The translations under genes were made by a program, and so were the position numbers. Shown piece after piece: positions 38,801 through 53,800 of a stretch of 64,000 bases of DNA. The stretch is taken from positions 31,188,001-31,252,000 of the forward strand of contig CM119371.1 of NCBI GenBank assembly GCA_051294905.1. The letters are read 5' to 3'. The notes beneath the pieces are model-generated. The model saw only the letters and a program-made list of their open reading frames with translations, was not told the origin of the DNA and made no database searches. This DNA is from Botryllus schlosseri (lineage: Eukaryota). The first letter of the stretch is position 1; each line of letters starts with the position of its first letter.

Positions 38801-41800
38801 GTTTTTATATAAAATGAGTATTGGACCTAGTCCAAAATTGTAATTTTGCACAACGGAAATATACTTGCTCCTGTACCAATTGGGCACTCTATCAAGATGA
38901 AAGATGAGTATGGAGCCCTTAATTTTGTCTTTACCTAGAATACTCATGTGGCTCGTGTTGACACGAAAATGAGAAATTTTCTGCTGTGCTTAAAAGTGGC
39001 TATTAGGGTTGTCCAAAATTTGGAAAATCTTACAAATCCTCCGTTGTAATGTCTTATTCTATAGATTATTGATAAAAAACGACATTAGGCCTAAAAGAAG
39101 CTCACAAGGAGGCCGTTAAGATTTCGTGCAAAGCGTTTGAAAGTAGCTGCTGAAGAATGGGCGTGCCACCGACCATAGAACGGCGAGAAGACTAGTAATC
39201 ACGAAACCACGGCTCTTGATTGGCTAATCTGCTATGCTTCAATGACCTTGACAGCAGCAGCTTGCTGATAAGGTGATCAAGGAGTCTGCTACCGGCGGCG
39301 ATTCTGAAAGCGCATTGTATGTAGGTTGACAGATTATGATTCAGGATTGATTCAGGGTATGTTGAGGTACGAAATACATGATGAACAAACCACAGCTGCT
39401 TCACAAAAACGTCTAAAGCATGACCGCTTTACTGTGAAGGAAACCGCCGTAGCCTAAATGCCTTGTTTTCAACGAGGGAAAGCGGTGCTTAGGTGCTTAT
39501 GCAAGTGGCGATGGATTCCTAGTTTCAGAACGGATATATCATTATTGAATACAAATATAAAGCTTAACAACGACACTATAATTTGTATGATCTTATTGGG
39601 CTCAAGTTGTAGTACATAGTTGAAGTTGTGAATGCTCTAGGGATCGGCTGAATCAGACGGTTAGGCCTGGCACTTATCAGATGTTTACAGCAAATTGAAT
39701 TCACTTGTAAGTGTTTTCAAAGTCCCAAATGATGCCGCAGAAACGAGGTGTAAATGTAAGCACACACATACTGTGCTTGATATGATATACAAACTATGCT
39801 GGATACTATGCTCTATGCAGTATTTTCTGTGCTTACCTTTGCATTCCTTTTCTGCGCGTTTATTAAGGACTTTGCCATATCATTGACATATCATATCCAG
39901 CATAGTATGTGCTTACTATTACACCGCTTTCCTGCGTCATCATTAAGGACTTTGACAACACTTGCAAGTGAATACAATTTGATGTAAGCATCTGATAAGT
40001 GCCAAGCATAACCCGCCGATTCTTAGAGCATTCAAAACTTCAACTATGTACTACCACCTGAGCTCGATAAGATCACACAACTAATAGTGTCGTTGTTAAG
40101 CTTTATACTTGTATTCAATAATGATATATCCTTTCTAAAACTAGGAATCCATCGCCACTTGCATAAGCGCCTATGCTTTCCCTCGTTGAAAACAAGGCAT
40201 ATAGGCTGCGGCGGTTTCCTTCACAATAAAGCGGTCATGCTTTGGTTTTTGTGAAGCAGCTGTTGTTTGTTCGTCATGTATTTCGTACCTCAACATACCC
40301 TGAATCAATCCTAAACCATTATCTGCCAACCTACATGCAATGCGCTTTCACAATCGCCGCCGGTAGCAGACTTCTTGATCACCTAATCAACAAGCTGCTG
40401 CTCTCGTGGCCATTGAAGCATAGCCGATTAGCAAATCAAGAGCCGTGATTTCGTGATTACTAGTCTTCACGCCGTTCTATGGTCGGTGGCACGCCCATTC
40501 TTAGGCAGCTACTTTCAAACGCTTTGCACGAAATCTTAACGGTCTTCCTGTGAGTTTCTTTTAGGCCCATTGTCGTTTTTTATCAATAATCTATAGAATA
40601 AGACATTACAACGGAGGATTTGTAAGATTTTCCAAATTTTGGACAACCCTAGTGGCTATACTAAGTTCCGATATTTTCTATATGTTTATGCGGCAGAAGA
40701 GCAACAATCCAACACTGACGCAAGAAAGACTGGTTAGAATGACCCAGTGTTCAAGTTGGAATACCCAATGTACTCAATGAGCCCAATGGTGCATACCCAG
40801 GTATAGATAGAATTGTCATTCCTACTCATAAAGCAGTTCGTCAAAGCATTAAGCGAAGAGTGGAATTGCTTCAAGAACATCTGCAGACAACTTCGAGAAC
40901 TCTCAAAGTGGAAACTTGAAGCTAGTATCTTCGAGAGACCTCGAATTAGAATGCGGGTGAAAGATTTAAATTTCACGCAGACAGAAATGGGCTCACGGCA
41001 TGAAATAGCTTCAAGGATGTAGTAAAAAACTTCTTGCAGAATCAAAAGATCTCAACTACAAACAGTTGATTCAAAAATTGTTTTCTGCATATGGCAGAAA
41101 GCAAGTGGCAAGTGAAATGGTTCAACCAAGACATCAAAATAATTAAATCAATGCAGATTAGATGAACATATGATGGTAGAGCATTGTTGGAACATGTTGA
41201 GTGACTGCATTCCCAAAATTGCTCACAAGCGAAATGGTGTTACAACACTTTGTATCTCAAGATTAATAATAACTATCCTTATTGTGTTTCATGTGACTAT
41301 TTTGAATTCGACTTATATCAAACATGGATAATGGATTTATTGGAACAAAATCTCAGTAGTTCATGTGGACACTTATCAGAAAAAGTCATCAACTGGGATA
41401 TATCTAATGCTCCATAAAATTTATGAAGTTGCTGTATTATGACATAAAAATCTCTTCATTATGACAAAAAACGATTAGGTTGAATTTCCGAAATTTGTAG
41501 TACGAGTGAGCTGTTTTTTGTTAACTAGCCAATAATGCGTAAATATGAGATTTTAGTCAAAATAGCCCAAAACCATAAACTAGGGCAAATTTGAAAATCT
41601 AAAGTCATACTTGATATCGGTGTCCTTCAGAGACCCATAAGCACTCTTACTTCGTCTTTCATTGGATACAGAAATACCAAAGCACACATCGACTAAAATA
41701 GATCACCGATTGTTGTACGTACTTGCAGTCAGTAATTCCATTGCAATACTGATTTTGAGGAACGCACATCCTTCCGTTGGCACAGGAAAATTCACCCGGT

Positions 41801-44800
41801 TTGCAGGAAGAGCCTGGAAACGGCGAAACGACACATTTTGAAAATGTTGGGCATAAAATGAATTGACAGTTGTCACAATTAGTCAGTGCATTTTTGTGAA
41901 TTGACAAACCAGTGTCGATTTTCCTAATCAGAAATGAAAAAGAGGCACCAAATTCATACCATCACACATTTCATCGTGATGCGGAACCAGTTCGGCTGGT
42001 AATTCGCATAGCGAATATTGGAAGCTGTCCGTCTTTTTGCGGCATAATGTGGCATTTATATCAATATATTCAGATTTCCTCCACGGCTCATCCGATCCAT
42101 CCCTGTGACGAGACAAATTACAATAAAATATCATGTATTTGGTATATGTGGCATTTGGTAATGGACAAGAACCAAATTGTTTGATTTTCCTAACCTAAAA
42201 CATAACGTGATCGTTTCGCGTTCATGTCAAATGCCCGTGTTTATATGTCGATAAATTGGCTTCGCTAGTTACAACAAAATGAACAGTTTCATTTCCGATC
42301 TGATGGAAGTGTCCGCAAAAATATCGTCAAATGTCAGTAAATATCAATACTAGTATACAACGTATGTTGGTACCTCAAACTTTAGCAAAGTAAATCAGCA
42401 ACAGATAACATGCGATACTACACACCTGCACTCGGACCTTCCATCACAAAAATTTCTCTTTTCTATGCATGTTGACCCGGAGTCGCACGAAAATTCGTTC
42501 CAGTGGCACGCCGAGCCTGAACAGAGCATATTTATTTAGTGAATAGACGAAATCAAAATTTATAGTCATGCATTATAACTCCATTACGCAGTAACATGAA
42601 CAGAAATTAGATCTCTTGACATAAAAGCTTTTATGTGCTATTACCAGACTTTTCATACAATTTCCATTCTGCTACCGTCTTCTTCAGTGGTTCTCAACCT
42701 CTTTGTCTTCGCGGACCCGTTTTTGACCGTCACGGACCTCCGCGGACCCCCCGATGTTTTAGTTCAAGTTTACCTCAATTATCGCACAATCGTATTCTGT
42801 CTTGTGCAAATGATAACTGTAGGCTAGTGATAGACAGGAACAAAATGACTTTCCTTGAAAATAACATCATACTATTTATGTAGAAATTGGGTCGATTTCG
42901 AAGCAAATTCTGCAACTGAATTTCTTGAAATATGTGGTCGTGTCTTGAAAATCCGCGCCTTCGATTTCATATGAACGAGTGCTGAAAATCCATTTAGACA
43001 AAGAAAGGTGGTGGCGAATGTAATAATGAAATATATCGCTTCCTAGGAGACACTTGGGTATGGTCACAACAATGATGGCACCAAAATTGACAATTTTTTA
43101 TTGAACGTTATTATGAAAAAATGGCTCTGGAGGCCTATATCACAGGAGAAAATGGATTTTTGTGAACATTTCGATGTCACCGTGATTGACTTTGCTAATC
43201 CAACTATTTAATTTTTACATAATCCCCAACAAAAGATCTGTATACAGCAAAATATTTGAATCAGTAGGCTATTGACAATATAGCAACTAATGTGAGTCTG
43301 CACAGCAGGATATTTCATCTCAGACGGCGATTCTATTAATATGAGTTCTACTAGTAATGAAGCGAAACTGCCTCGTGATTTTCCTAATTTAAAATAATAC
43401 AAATTAGGTTATCAACTATTTTGTACATTTAAAGCAGTGGTTCCCAACCTTTTTTAAACACGCCCTCCTTTGTGGTAGTGAAAAATTTTGCGCCCCCCTT
43501 ATCTTCAAATCACAGAATCGAACCGGGATGCCAGCAACCCCAACAGATTGTTTAATGGCATGGAAGGTTATGACTGTTGATGAGAGAATTCAAAAATATG
43601 AAATTCGGTCTACACAGAGAGAAACACGCGTGAATTTGAGGTAAATCGTGCAAAGGTCGCAAGAAAATCAGTTGTCCGATTCGTCGCGCGCCCCTTGAGA
43701 TTCTTTCACGCTCCCCAGGTTGGGAACCACAGATTTAGAGGCTTCGCGGACCCCCGTTAGAGAACCACTGGTATATTTCATAATCGCATATTCCACTATT
43801 GTCGTACCTTCGCAAAATGTGTATCCATCCACAGGCGTTCTTTCAGGCAGCTTACAAATGCGTGAACTATCCGGATGCGCCTTACGACAGAAGCTAACAT
43901 TCGAGTTATACACCATACTGCTGTCAAAATATTGCTCGTCTGAACCGTCTCTGAACAAGAATTGCACATTCTGGCCAACTTATGTATGATAAATAGTATC
44001 ACAGATTGGAACTCGGTGGTTAGTATGATGGCCTGGAGGGTAGGATCATTCGGTTCACGTTCGTGTTAGGCGAGCAAACCTTGAAAATACAGTAGTTTCG
44101 CTTGGTTCAACGCCCCTGATAGGCATAAAAGGAAATACAACACACTTTAAGATGGACCTTGACGCTAAACAAGCTTGAAATATCGCGCTATTCCGATCAT
44201 AACTAAATATTTATTATAATAAATCACCTCACTCTGGTCAATATTAAACGTCTCCATGGTTGATGGAATTCAATGGACAATAAGGTCAGACACATGCAAA
44301 ACAAGGTCAGTCGCTACTTGCGCAATAAAGTAAGTGCGCGTATAAACTGTAAATGTGTGCTTCAGATCCAATTTTTAACTCCAATTTCGGGTTAGGGTCA
44401 ATGGGATGGGCTGGTAAATGATTGTTATTAGGGTCGGGGTGAGGTTTCTTAGGGTTAGGGTACTTATAGCGTTAGAGGGCTAGCATCCTTTTTGTAATGT
44501 CATTATTGTGCAAGTTCTGTCCTTCTTGCGTACCTAGCGAATGACTGTATTGTGCATTAAATCGCACCCCCCCCCCCCCCCCCCATTAAGCTTGGGCCGG
44601 AAGCGAGCTTGAGCGAGAACACAAACGTAACTTTCAGTGCAGCGGCAGAGATGGGTATGACCTATTATCTCATGGGCCTGATGGATTCACGGGCGCTACG
44701 AGTGGATGAAAAGCGCCTTCAACAACCCTATTCGCTTTACAGGAAGCTGAAAATAAAATAAAAAATGTGAAAAATTGGACATCGTATGTTTTCTTTACGG

Positions 44801-47800
44801 AACAAGGGATCTGTGATGCCGCATATTCTTATAAAAAAAAACTCCTCATTATCATTCGATCGAGCCCAATGAATGTGTGGTAGGGTTGTTCAACAATACC
44901 AATTTTTCGAATTTTCGCGGCTATTTCATGAAAGTGTTAGGTTGGCTGAAAAACGTTACCCACCAAAGTTGGCTCACTTCGAACAGCAGAAGTGAAGCTT
45001 TGGGAGTTTAAAAAACAAAAAGTCTAATCACATCATGTGATGTAATAACTAATTATTGTACGATTGTTTTTATTGTGTGTTGTATTTCTATCATCTAACT
45101 AAAGGTTACTGCATGAATCTTTTTTTTTTCAAATAACATACCTTTTTTTAAAACTTTTTCAAATGCTTCTGAAAGTCAAAAGGGGTATTGGTTTTTCAAA
45201 ATTTTCAACGGCGAGCTCTGTTTGACAAAACTAAAATTCGCTACAGTTAATCTAGTTGAGGAGATTTAGGGTACACAGCGGTAAGATCATAAGGGTTTAT
45301 GCACTATAGGTAGTAACCTTAAACATTTTTTCTCGCTTCGTACATAAGCATTAAAATGGTTGCGGCCGAATATTTTCACAGTGCCTCAAAAATGAAACTG
45401 CTGGCGTACCGCAGATTCAGAACCTTTGATATAAGAACGGGAGCATTTCCAAGAAGTCCCAAAGCGAACGAAAACATTTAAGGGACTCGCACCATCCCCA
45501 ATGGCTACATTTGCAAATATGAAAGGCAACCCAAAATATCTAAATCTATATAGACGCACCGACATTGCGGGTCCGAATCGCAGAAGTACCGATTCCAAAG
45601 ACACGTCGATCCATCTAGACACGGGAATTCATCATGTCTGCAAGTGGTTCCTGTGAACATGAATATGTAGAAATGTTATATTGACGTAATGGATGGTACA
45701 CCATCAGGAGTTCTTCATCAGCCACGGCGCTGACTGTTTCTGGTTCTGCTGACTTATACTGTACTAGTAATTAAGCTACGTAGAAAAAGTTGGATGTTTG
45801 ATGGTCGTTTTGCCCCTTACTGGATCGCAATGACTGCAGAGCAATATCTTTTTTGCTATGTAGAGGAAAATCATATTATCGCCACTTTAGTCGTTGGATT
45901 TAAAATTCGAATTATATATTTCAGCCAAAAGAAGACATCATGGTACGTGAACTTGTGAGATTTGATGTTGCTATCTGAGGTGACCAGCAACACAGTACTC
46001 GTCCAAGAATTCAAATATTACTCTGTGAACTTGTATCTATAAGTGTTCTATTTGTTACGGTTTGGACCAGTGGTTCCCAAACTTTTTCGGTGTGAGGGCC
46101 AAATTTAGAATTTCAGAGTACGGTCGGGGCCGCACGAATACTACGGCTATGAAACGGACCCAAACAGTCATCATGGCTATTTCGGAGTAGTTTTATTGCC
46201 CTGGCGAGATTTCAGATCTGTACACTGTTTACCGCTACTTATCTGCTGCATTGGGTGTATGTTGAGGGAATCAGCTTTTCTCGTCTAAACGCGCGAAGCG
46301 CGAGAAATTTCTTTAGTTTCATGACTGAATCGGTCAATATGATCGGGAATTGCATGTATTGCTATCAATTTTCATCTTGTCTCTGTTCACGTAATCTGAT
46401 TTACCGGTAGAGCTGAGTGAGGTGTGTTTGTAAAGGTATAGGCCCCCTCAATAGGAATTAAACATATCCGGGGTATACCCGTTGGCAGGAACGTAACGGC
46501 ACTTCGTCAGGACCCCGGGCTCCCATAGGGTGATAAACTGACCATGACCACGCATGACGTTGTTCGCTTTTGCCACGAAATTAAAGTTGTACTGTTTATT
46601 GAGACAGCGCGACGCCCGAATATTTCGATAATTCATGATAAAATCGGTGAATAAGATCGGGAATTGCGTGGTTGTCCTCTTTGCCCACGTAATCCGCTTT
46701 ACCGGTAGAGCTGAGTGAGAGGTGTCTTTGAGACTGCAGACCCCGTAAAATTAAACATATTCGGGCGGGCAGACCCCTAGGTATGACTTCTTCACATGTT
46801 GTTATTTTGTGACATCCTGTCTGCTATATCAAAAAATTTAGAATTGCCCAAACTTACTAAACTAGAAGATCACACAATTTCAGATCAATTGGTATTTCTT
46901 CGCTGGCATATAATTTTCTTTCCTGCGATATGGTATTTGTCTTGTGAGGTTCAGATTGCCAAGACAAGAATATTCGGCGCCAGTCATTTAGGCGCCTATA
47001 TGGACAAATAAACCTATATGTATTTTGTATATATAACGAAGTTTTTGGTATTTCGAAGTTTTAGGTCAGCATAAAAGCAGTCCTTTACGGCCATGGCTTT
47101 CTCGCTGCCGATCGTTCACACTTCTTGGAGTCACATGTTACATGGCCTAAAACTTTATATGTCTTGGTGCGTTGTGGTGCGGTCATGACCAACGCTGATA
47201 TGCCCATTTCTATGAATCTTGCGTATTTTTACTTGGGGAAGAGTACCCAATAAGATATGCGGCGAATTGAAATCGCGCCCAGCGCGAAAATTTTTTGAAG
47301 AAGTTGCATAAATTTTCAGAAAATACTCCATAATTTATGCCAATTCACGAAATGATTTTGGGCCCATTCGAGCTCGGCCCCCTCAATTGGAGGGGTTTGG
47401 GGTGCGGCAGTAACGGCCCTGAAGATAGGACTACCAATTATGCTTCTTTTACCCGACTAAGCAGTATGCATCTCGGCGTATTCAACCGTGAGTCACGTGT
47501 TGCACATCTAGTTATCATAGGGTTACCATACGTCCTCTTTTAAAATGATTTGTCCTCTTTTTGATTTTTTTTTAAAGTGTCTTCTTTTTTGATATTTTGT
47601 CTTCTTTTTTGAGGATTTTGGTTACATATAGGGCCATATTCGACTGATATGCATTAAGTCAGCACTGTAAGAACGCTACGGCGGCTATTTCGGAGCTGGA
47701 CCGGGAAATTTTTTTTCAGTCAACCACCTGTTAATGTGAAAGAAAAACCGTATTTTCCGGGAGTTGAGCCTCTTTTTCTTTTTTAGTCAAGCGACCACGA

Positions 47801-50800
47801 GGAAGAGATTTTCCCCCGGTTTTGAAAGTTATCAATACCTATTTATATCTATAGCTACTGCTCGTTCAACTGGAAAGTTAGGGCACATTGCATTGAAACA
47901 GCAGTGACATAACGTTAGCAGTCTATACTCACAACTTTCCTGCAATTCTATAATTAAAAACCACAAGCCAAGCAAGAGTATTTTATAAATATAAATTTTA
48001 TTTTTGTCATAAATCGATTTATTAATATATTTTGGGGGCCGCAAGAAGGCTATCTGGGGGCCGCGCTTGGGAATCACTGGTTTAGACTAAGGTCGTGGTG
48101 TTAGCATAGTCGCATATGTTAGGCAAGGGTTGATATCTGGTTGAAAAAGTACTTCGAGCCGTTTTTACTCCTTTCAATATTTTCATTCAATCACTATCTT
48201 GTGGTGTTTTGAATCTACCAAAATCAACAAAATGCATCTCAATTTAGTCATCTGACAATTTATTTTACAATTTTACACAATATCCAGTCAAAAGAATTTC
48301 TTGTGTGAATTGAAATGTCTTTCTGACTGCTATCGACATTTAAACCGTTCGATATAGACACTGTATCCCTGTACAGAAAATAATTTAAAAATCGCAAGTA
48401 TTTGTGACTGCGGTAGTAATTTATCACTATTGCGAATGTATCGGTGTCTTGAAATTTTCAACGCTGACGACGCATTTCACGTATCCCATTTTATGCGACT
48501 ATTTACTTGAGTAATTTTCATTTCTGCTGAAATGTCTGAAGAATTTCTACAAAGACACGTAATTAGTTACCCATTCATAGTTCTACTTTTGCTTGAGCAT
48601 CAATCAGTATTGCTTTAATTACTTCGCGTTGCTCCGTAGGTATAATGCACACCTTAACCCTTACCGGCGCATAACTTCTCCACATATGGTACGTGGTCGG
48701 GCGGGAGCACACATACAGAGTATGAGCTAATGTGGGTAGTGCGGTGACTTCGACAGAAGATGACGTCATCGCCGTAAGTCACTGAACTGTTCCTCAGTGG
48801 CGGCTCGTCCGATCCGTCCCTATACGAAATTTCACCAACGAATAAAACTTATCTACGGCGTAAATCGATGCACCTCATAGCCTGCTAACATGATGCAATT
48901 GTAGGACTACCAGTAGGGTCTTTATAACGTTGTCGATCCTATAAAACTATATTCACGATGAAAGACTGGAATATGATATTATTGATATGGTCACTATACT
49001 ATGATCGTCGAGTATAGTGTCAGCGTTTATACTGCATCCGCGTATTACTCGAAATCCACGACATGATTAAATGGGACGGTTACTATCGATTATTTTGAGA
49101 TAAATTAGCAACTCTTTAGTTAACATTAAAGATATAGGGACAAAATACGGTAACGAAACGATATCGCGGAACCATTTGAAATCATATGCGGCCGTTGCAA
49201 ATCCATGATCCTTCATACCGCAAAAAAGGCCTTTCATGAGACTTGCTATAACGTGTTTCTTGTCACGATATGCAGACGGATAGAGGGTGACACCACCGGT
49301 ATGGTAATTAATTGGTGATCAATATTAATATTATTCGCTTTCTCGTCAAAATACGCGTAGTAGAACTTCTAAGTTGGTATCTAATTCCCAGTAGTCAATG
49401 CAAAGAGCCCTGGCAATAGATTTCAATGCAACATCGATTGTAGTAAAATATTTATTCAACTCGAAGAGTTTTCGGGTACCTCTTTTCAAGAGTTAACGGC
49501 ACAGTAAAGGACTTCATGGTATGTCATTGTCATGGTTACGTCATACTTCGCCTTTTTGGTTTTGCTTTTCATTCGGTTTAAATCCCTTTAGTGTGCCGTT
49601 AACTCTCAAAAAGAGGCAATCGGAAAGTCTTCGAGTTGAATATATATAATATATGTATTGAGCTCTGGAGCAGTGGTTCTCAAACTCTTTCGATCTCGCG
49701 GACCGGTAAATCATCAAGATAAATTCTGCGAACCTGTGAACCTTTAGTGATCAACATTCACAGGAATCGCTATTACAATAAGTGTATGCCACTGAAATGA
49801 AAATTTGGAATCTTCATTTAATGATGCCTTTTGATACTACGCGTGTTTGGGCTGGCTCTATTGAAGCTTCTGCAAGGCGAAGTGCTGTAAAATGCGAGTT
49901 TGCTTTTTGATTTTCTCTATTTTACTGCTAATTGTGGCTAATTTGTACTGTCGAAATTTAACTAGATTTCCTAAACATGTCTTTATAGCTTTAGCATATA
50001 ACAGTTCCGAAACGAGTGATAGGATACTTTTAAACAGTTTCGTGCAGCACTTGCAGCATTGTGACGTACGCCAATCCAAAGCACACCATGCACCATATAT
50101 TGTGATATCACCCATAAGGATATAAGTTCCAAATTTTTTAAATCATTTCAAAAATTGATGTTTAATTTCAATAATTAATGGTAAAGAGTCCAACTTCCTG
50201 CATTCTAGTATTGAGATATGAAATTCCAAATAATTTGGCAGCCCAACAGGAACTTTGCCAGAGACTAGCACCGGTCCGTGGACCGCTGATTGAGAACCAG
50301 TGCTCTAGAGATTATGAAATTCAAATCAAATACGCACAGGCAATCGGCATATCTATCGCAATAATCTTCCCCGGCGATGCACTTGGACCCGTCAGAACAA
50401 GTGAATTCACTGGCTGAACATGATGAACCTAGATAGCAAAGAGGATGCTTCTAACTTTGCAACGGGAGTAAAATCAAATTCAAGCATATATCGGCTTTGT
50501 GTAAAACGGTAAGTTACCAAGAACAAATGCATCTCCCGTTGATGTGCCAGAGGAATAGGATTGAACAGAGCCCCACATATGTATAGAAGAAGAACCTTTA
50601 CGATACAACAAATCCCAAGATGATGTCTGGGTTTGGTAAATAATTCCCAGATCCTGCCGAGGTCAAGGTGAAGTATACTCGAAGGAGTATTCATACTGTC
50701 ACTATACAGCAGTGTTGGGATCAAGTCACTACCTTCGAGTCACGAGTCATTACGAGTCATTGCATATTTTGACTCGAGTCAAGTCAAGTCAAAATTCCAG

Positions 50801-53800
50801 TCAAGTTGCCTTTTCCTAGTATGAGGCATGATTACGTCATTACATTTTGCTAGCTTTCTGAAATACAGATTGAGTGGTCATTGATATCGAACCGATGAAC
50901 GAATATAGAGTTAAATATACACCCAAGAAGGCGCTGTATCGCTCACATATACGTAGCCTCAGTTTATAGTTACCAACCAAAATGGGCAATAGAGAAACGA
51001 ATTGATAAGATGCAATACATTACCCTTTAACCATTTATACACATTGATATGATACAATTCGAGTTTGCGCCAATGGTTGAGGTGTATGTAAACCATATTC
51101 GAATTCAAAATCAATAAAACAAGAGGTTTGGTTAAGGTAGATAATTTTCTATTACATTACTGTACTATACTAGTTTACGACAACGTATGCTGTAAGCTTC
51201 GATCGCTTCGTTTGTGGTCAATTTATTTGTGAGAGAACAATGGAGGCTCAGTAAAACGCACGATCATTGAATGATTGGTCGCTCTCACGGGTTACACCAG
51301 CGTTTCGCGAACAATCCGAACATATGCAAGATACAGTGATTTTTATCGACACCGATTAATTTATGACTTGAAATTGACTCGTGAATTTTGCTCGGAGTCA
51401 CGAGTCAATCCACATTTTTGATACGCCGAGTCAAGTCAAGTCAAGTCATTTTAGCAAAGTGACTCGAGTCAAGTCAAGTCATGCGAAAAAGGCGACTCGA
51501 GTCTGACTCGAGTCAAGTCATGACTCGAGTCATCCCAACACTGCTATACAGTACTTACGAAAGTGGTGTCTGGTTACATTACGTTTCAGACCAGTGGTTC
51601 TCAACCTTTTTGACTTCGCGGACCAGTAAAATATCAAAACAAATGTTGGGAACAGTCGAATCTGAAGGAATCAAAATTAACACTCAATTCCATTACGACG
51701 ATTATATGAAACTGAAATGTAATATATCGGAAAGTTCATTTACTGCTTCCATTTTCTAGTAGATATGTATAGGTAGTTTTATTGAAGTTTCTGCAAGGCG
51801 AAACCCGTGAGGTTCTGGTAAATACCATTAATTTGTTTGATTGTTGCATTTTATAAACATTTTGGTAAAACACTTGCATCATTGCAGCGCACGCCCAAAG
51901 TAGGCCAGGGTCAACTCAACATACAGAAAAATAGGTTTCAAACTGACGAATCACTCTAAAATATGAGGTGTTATTTCCCTAATTAATGGACAAGGGTTCA
52001 ACTTCTTGCTTTTGGAATTAGGATATCAAATTTGGATTTACTCAGCGGACAGGAAGGAAACTTGCCATGGGCCTACACCGGTCCGCGGACCGGCTGTTGA
52101 AAACCAATGTTTTAAACAGGTTTGACGTCTACTTAAACTTAAACTTACTTTCACGATATAGATTTTGTCATGAGGAAAGTAATAATTGATGAGACACTTG
52201 GAAGTAAGGAAATTAAATATAAAATTGAATAATACATATTCATACAGGAGGAAACCCGGTGTTAGACGAAAATATAATTGTTTATTTCTATATCAATGTA
52301 TTTCTCAACAGTATACAGGAATATTTTGATTGACTATCTCACCATCGCACAATTGCGCCGATTGTGACAATAGACTCGACGGTAACAAGCACACGTAGCG
52401 TCCACTTCCAGAACGGCTTTTGCCACGGCAGTAGGTATCATGGTGATTGTACGATGCCGTGTAATTTCTCAACGGCGGTTCATCCGACCCATCACTTAAT
52501 ATTAAGACAATATTCAGTCAATTGAAAAAAGCTAACGGTAAACTATTAGATATCAGCCAGATTACATTTTGATAACTATATATCATTTGTGCTTACACTG
52601 GATTCAATCGACCCTAGGGCTTCCGTGAATGAGGATATCAAGATACACACACCCGAGTCATATGATTTTAATGACAAACTGAACTTGTCCATTGGGTGCA
52701 GGGGATTTGGCGCGCTTAGTACAATCGAATTACGACTGTCGTGATGGCAAGTCCCGAGATTTCTTTCTTGATATTTCAATAACTTCATAGCAACTATGCT
52801 GAACGATAAAATAAAGTGGTCGGACGAATATATACCATGGTGAATCACATGTATAACCAGAAGTGATGAGCGAACTAACTGCATGATTTACAATGCCAAG
52901 TTCATCAATTCTCGTGGTATACCGATCAACCAAGAGAGAGCATTGCCTGGTGAATGGTGATCTATAATAAACGGACACCATTATTGCTTAAGTAGCAGAC
53001 AATGTAGCAAAAAAGATGAGAATGACATTTAACAATTTGAAATCGCGCAATCATGAAGTAGTCTCTCCCAAACAAATGCTAAACCACGTCCAGACGCATT
53101 GAAAGGAAAGGACGTAGTTTATTTTTTTCGTTGATGTTTTTGCGGCATATACACCGACTCATTATAGAAATACACACGATCTGTGAATATGCATACCATG
53201 AATGCATGATGTGGATATGCCGCTGGACAAGGAAGATGCAGATATACCCTTGTACGGCTTTCCCAGTCATGCACCACCCCTCCATGCTCTCCCAGTAATG
53301 CATAAGCTCCAAGCAGGAAGTTCACTGCGATGCCAGTGTTAATAATCACGTCTTTGGTCTGACCCGGCCGGGGATCGAACCCACGACCTACCGACCAAGA
53401 AGCCGGACGCTTCACCATTATTCTATCTTGTCATTATAGACCCTTATGGATTTAAGAGTCGTAATTTCTGAAGCTATTGAATAACTAATTTAGTTTTGTG
53501 TAGGGTATTGCTCGGAATCATGTGATGTTTTTACAGTATGATAAATCTTCTGAATTTTGTTTATGGAGTCTAAAGCTAAATTATTATCTTTACTTACTCG
53601 CAATCTGGCTTTCCGTCGCAAAAGTTTTGTTTTGGTACGCATTGAGAACCATCCGAACATGAGAACTCTCCGTCTCTGCATGTTGATCCTGTGAAATAAC
53701 AGTGATAAAAATGAATGTCAATTTGATATCATGTATTTTTATTTCTCATCTCTCATAGTGGTTGCGAGGCGAGGGGAAGACTTTATGATATGCTGACCTT

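Noticed and set aside
39192..40448. Two similar ORFs on opposite strands (39192-39404 and 40242-40448)
   Set aside because: Mirror images created by the foldback arms; no recognisable protein.
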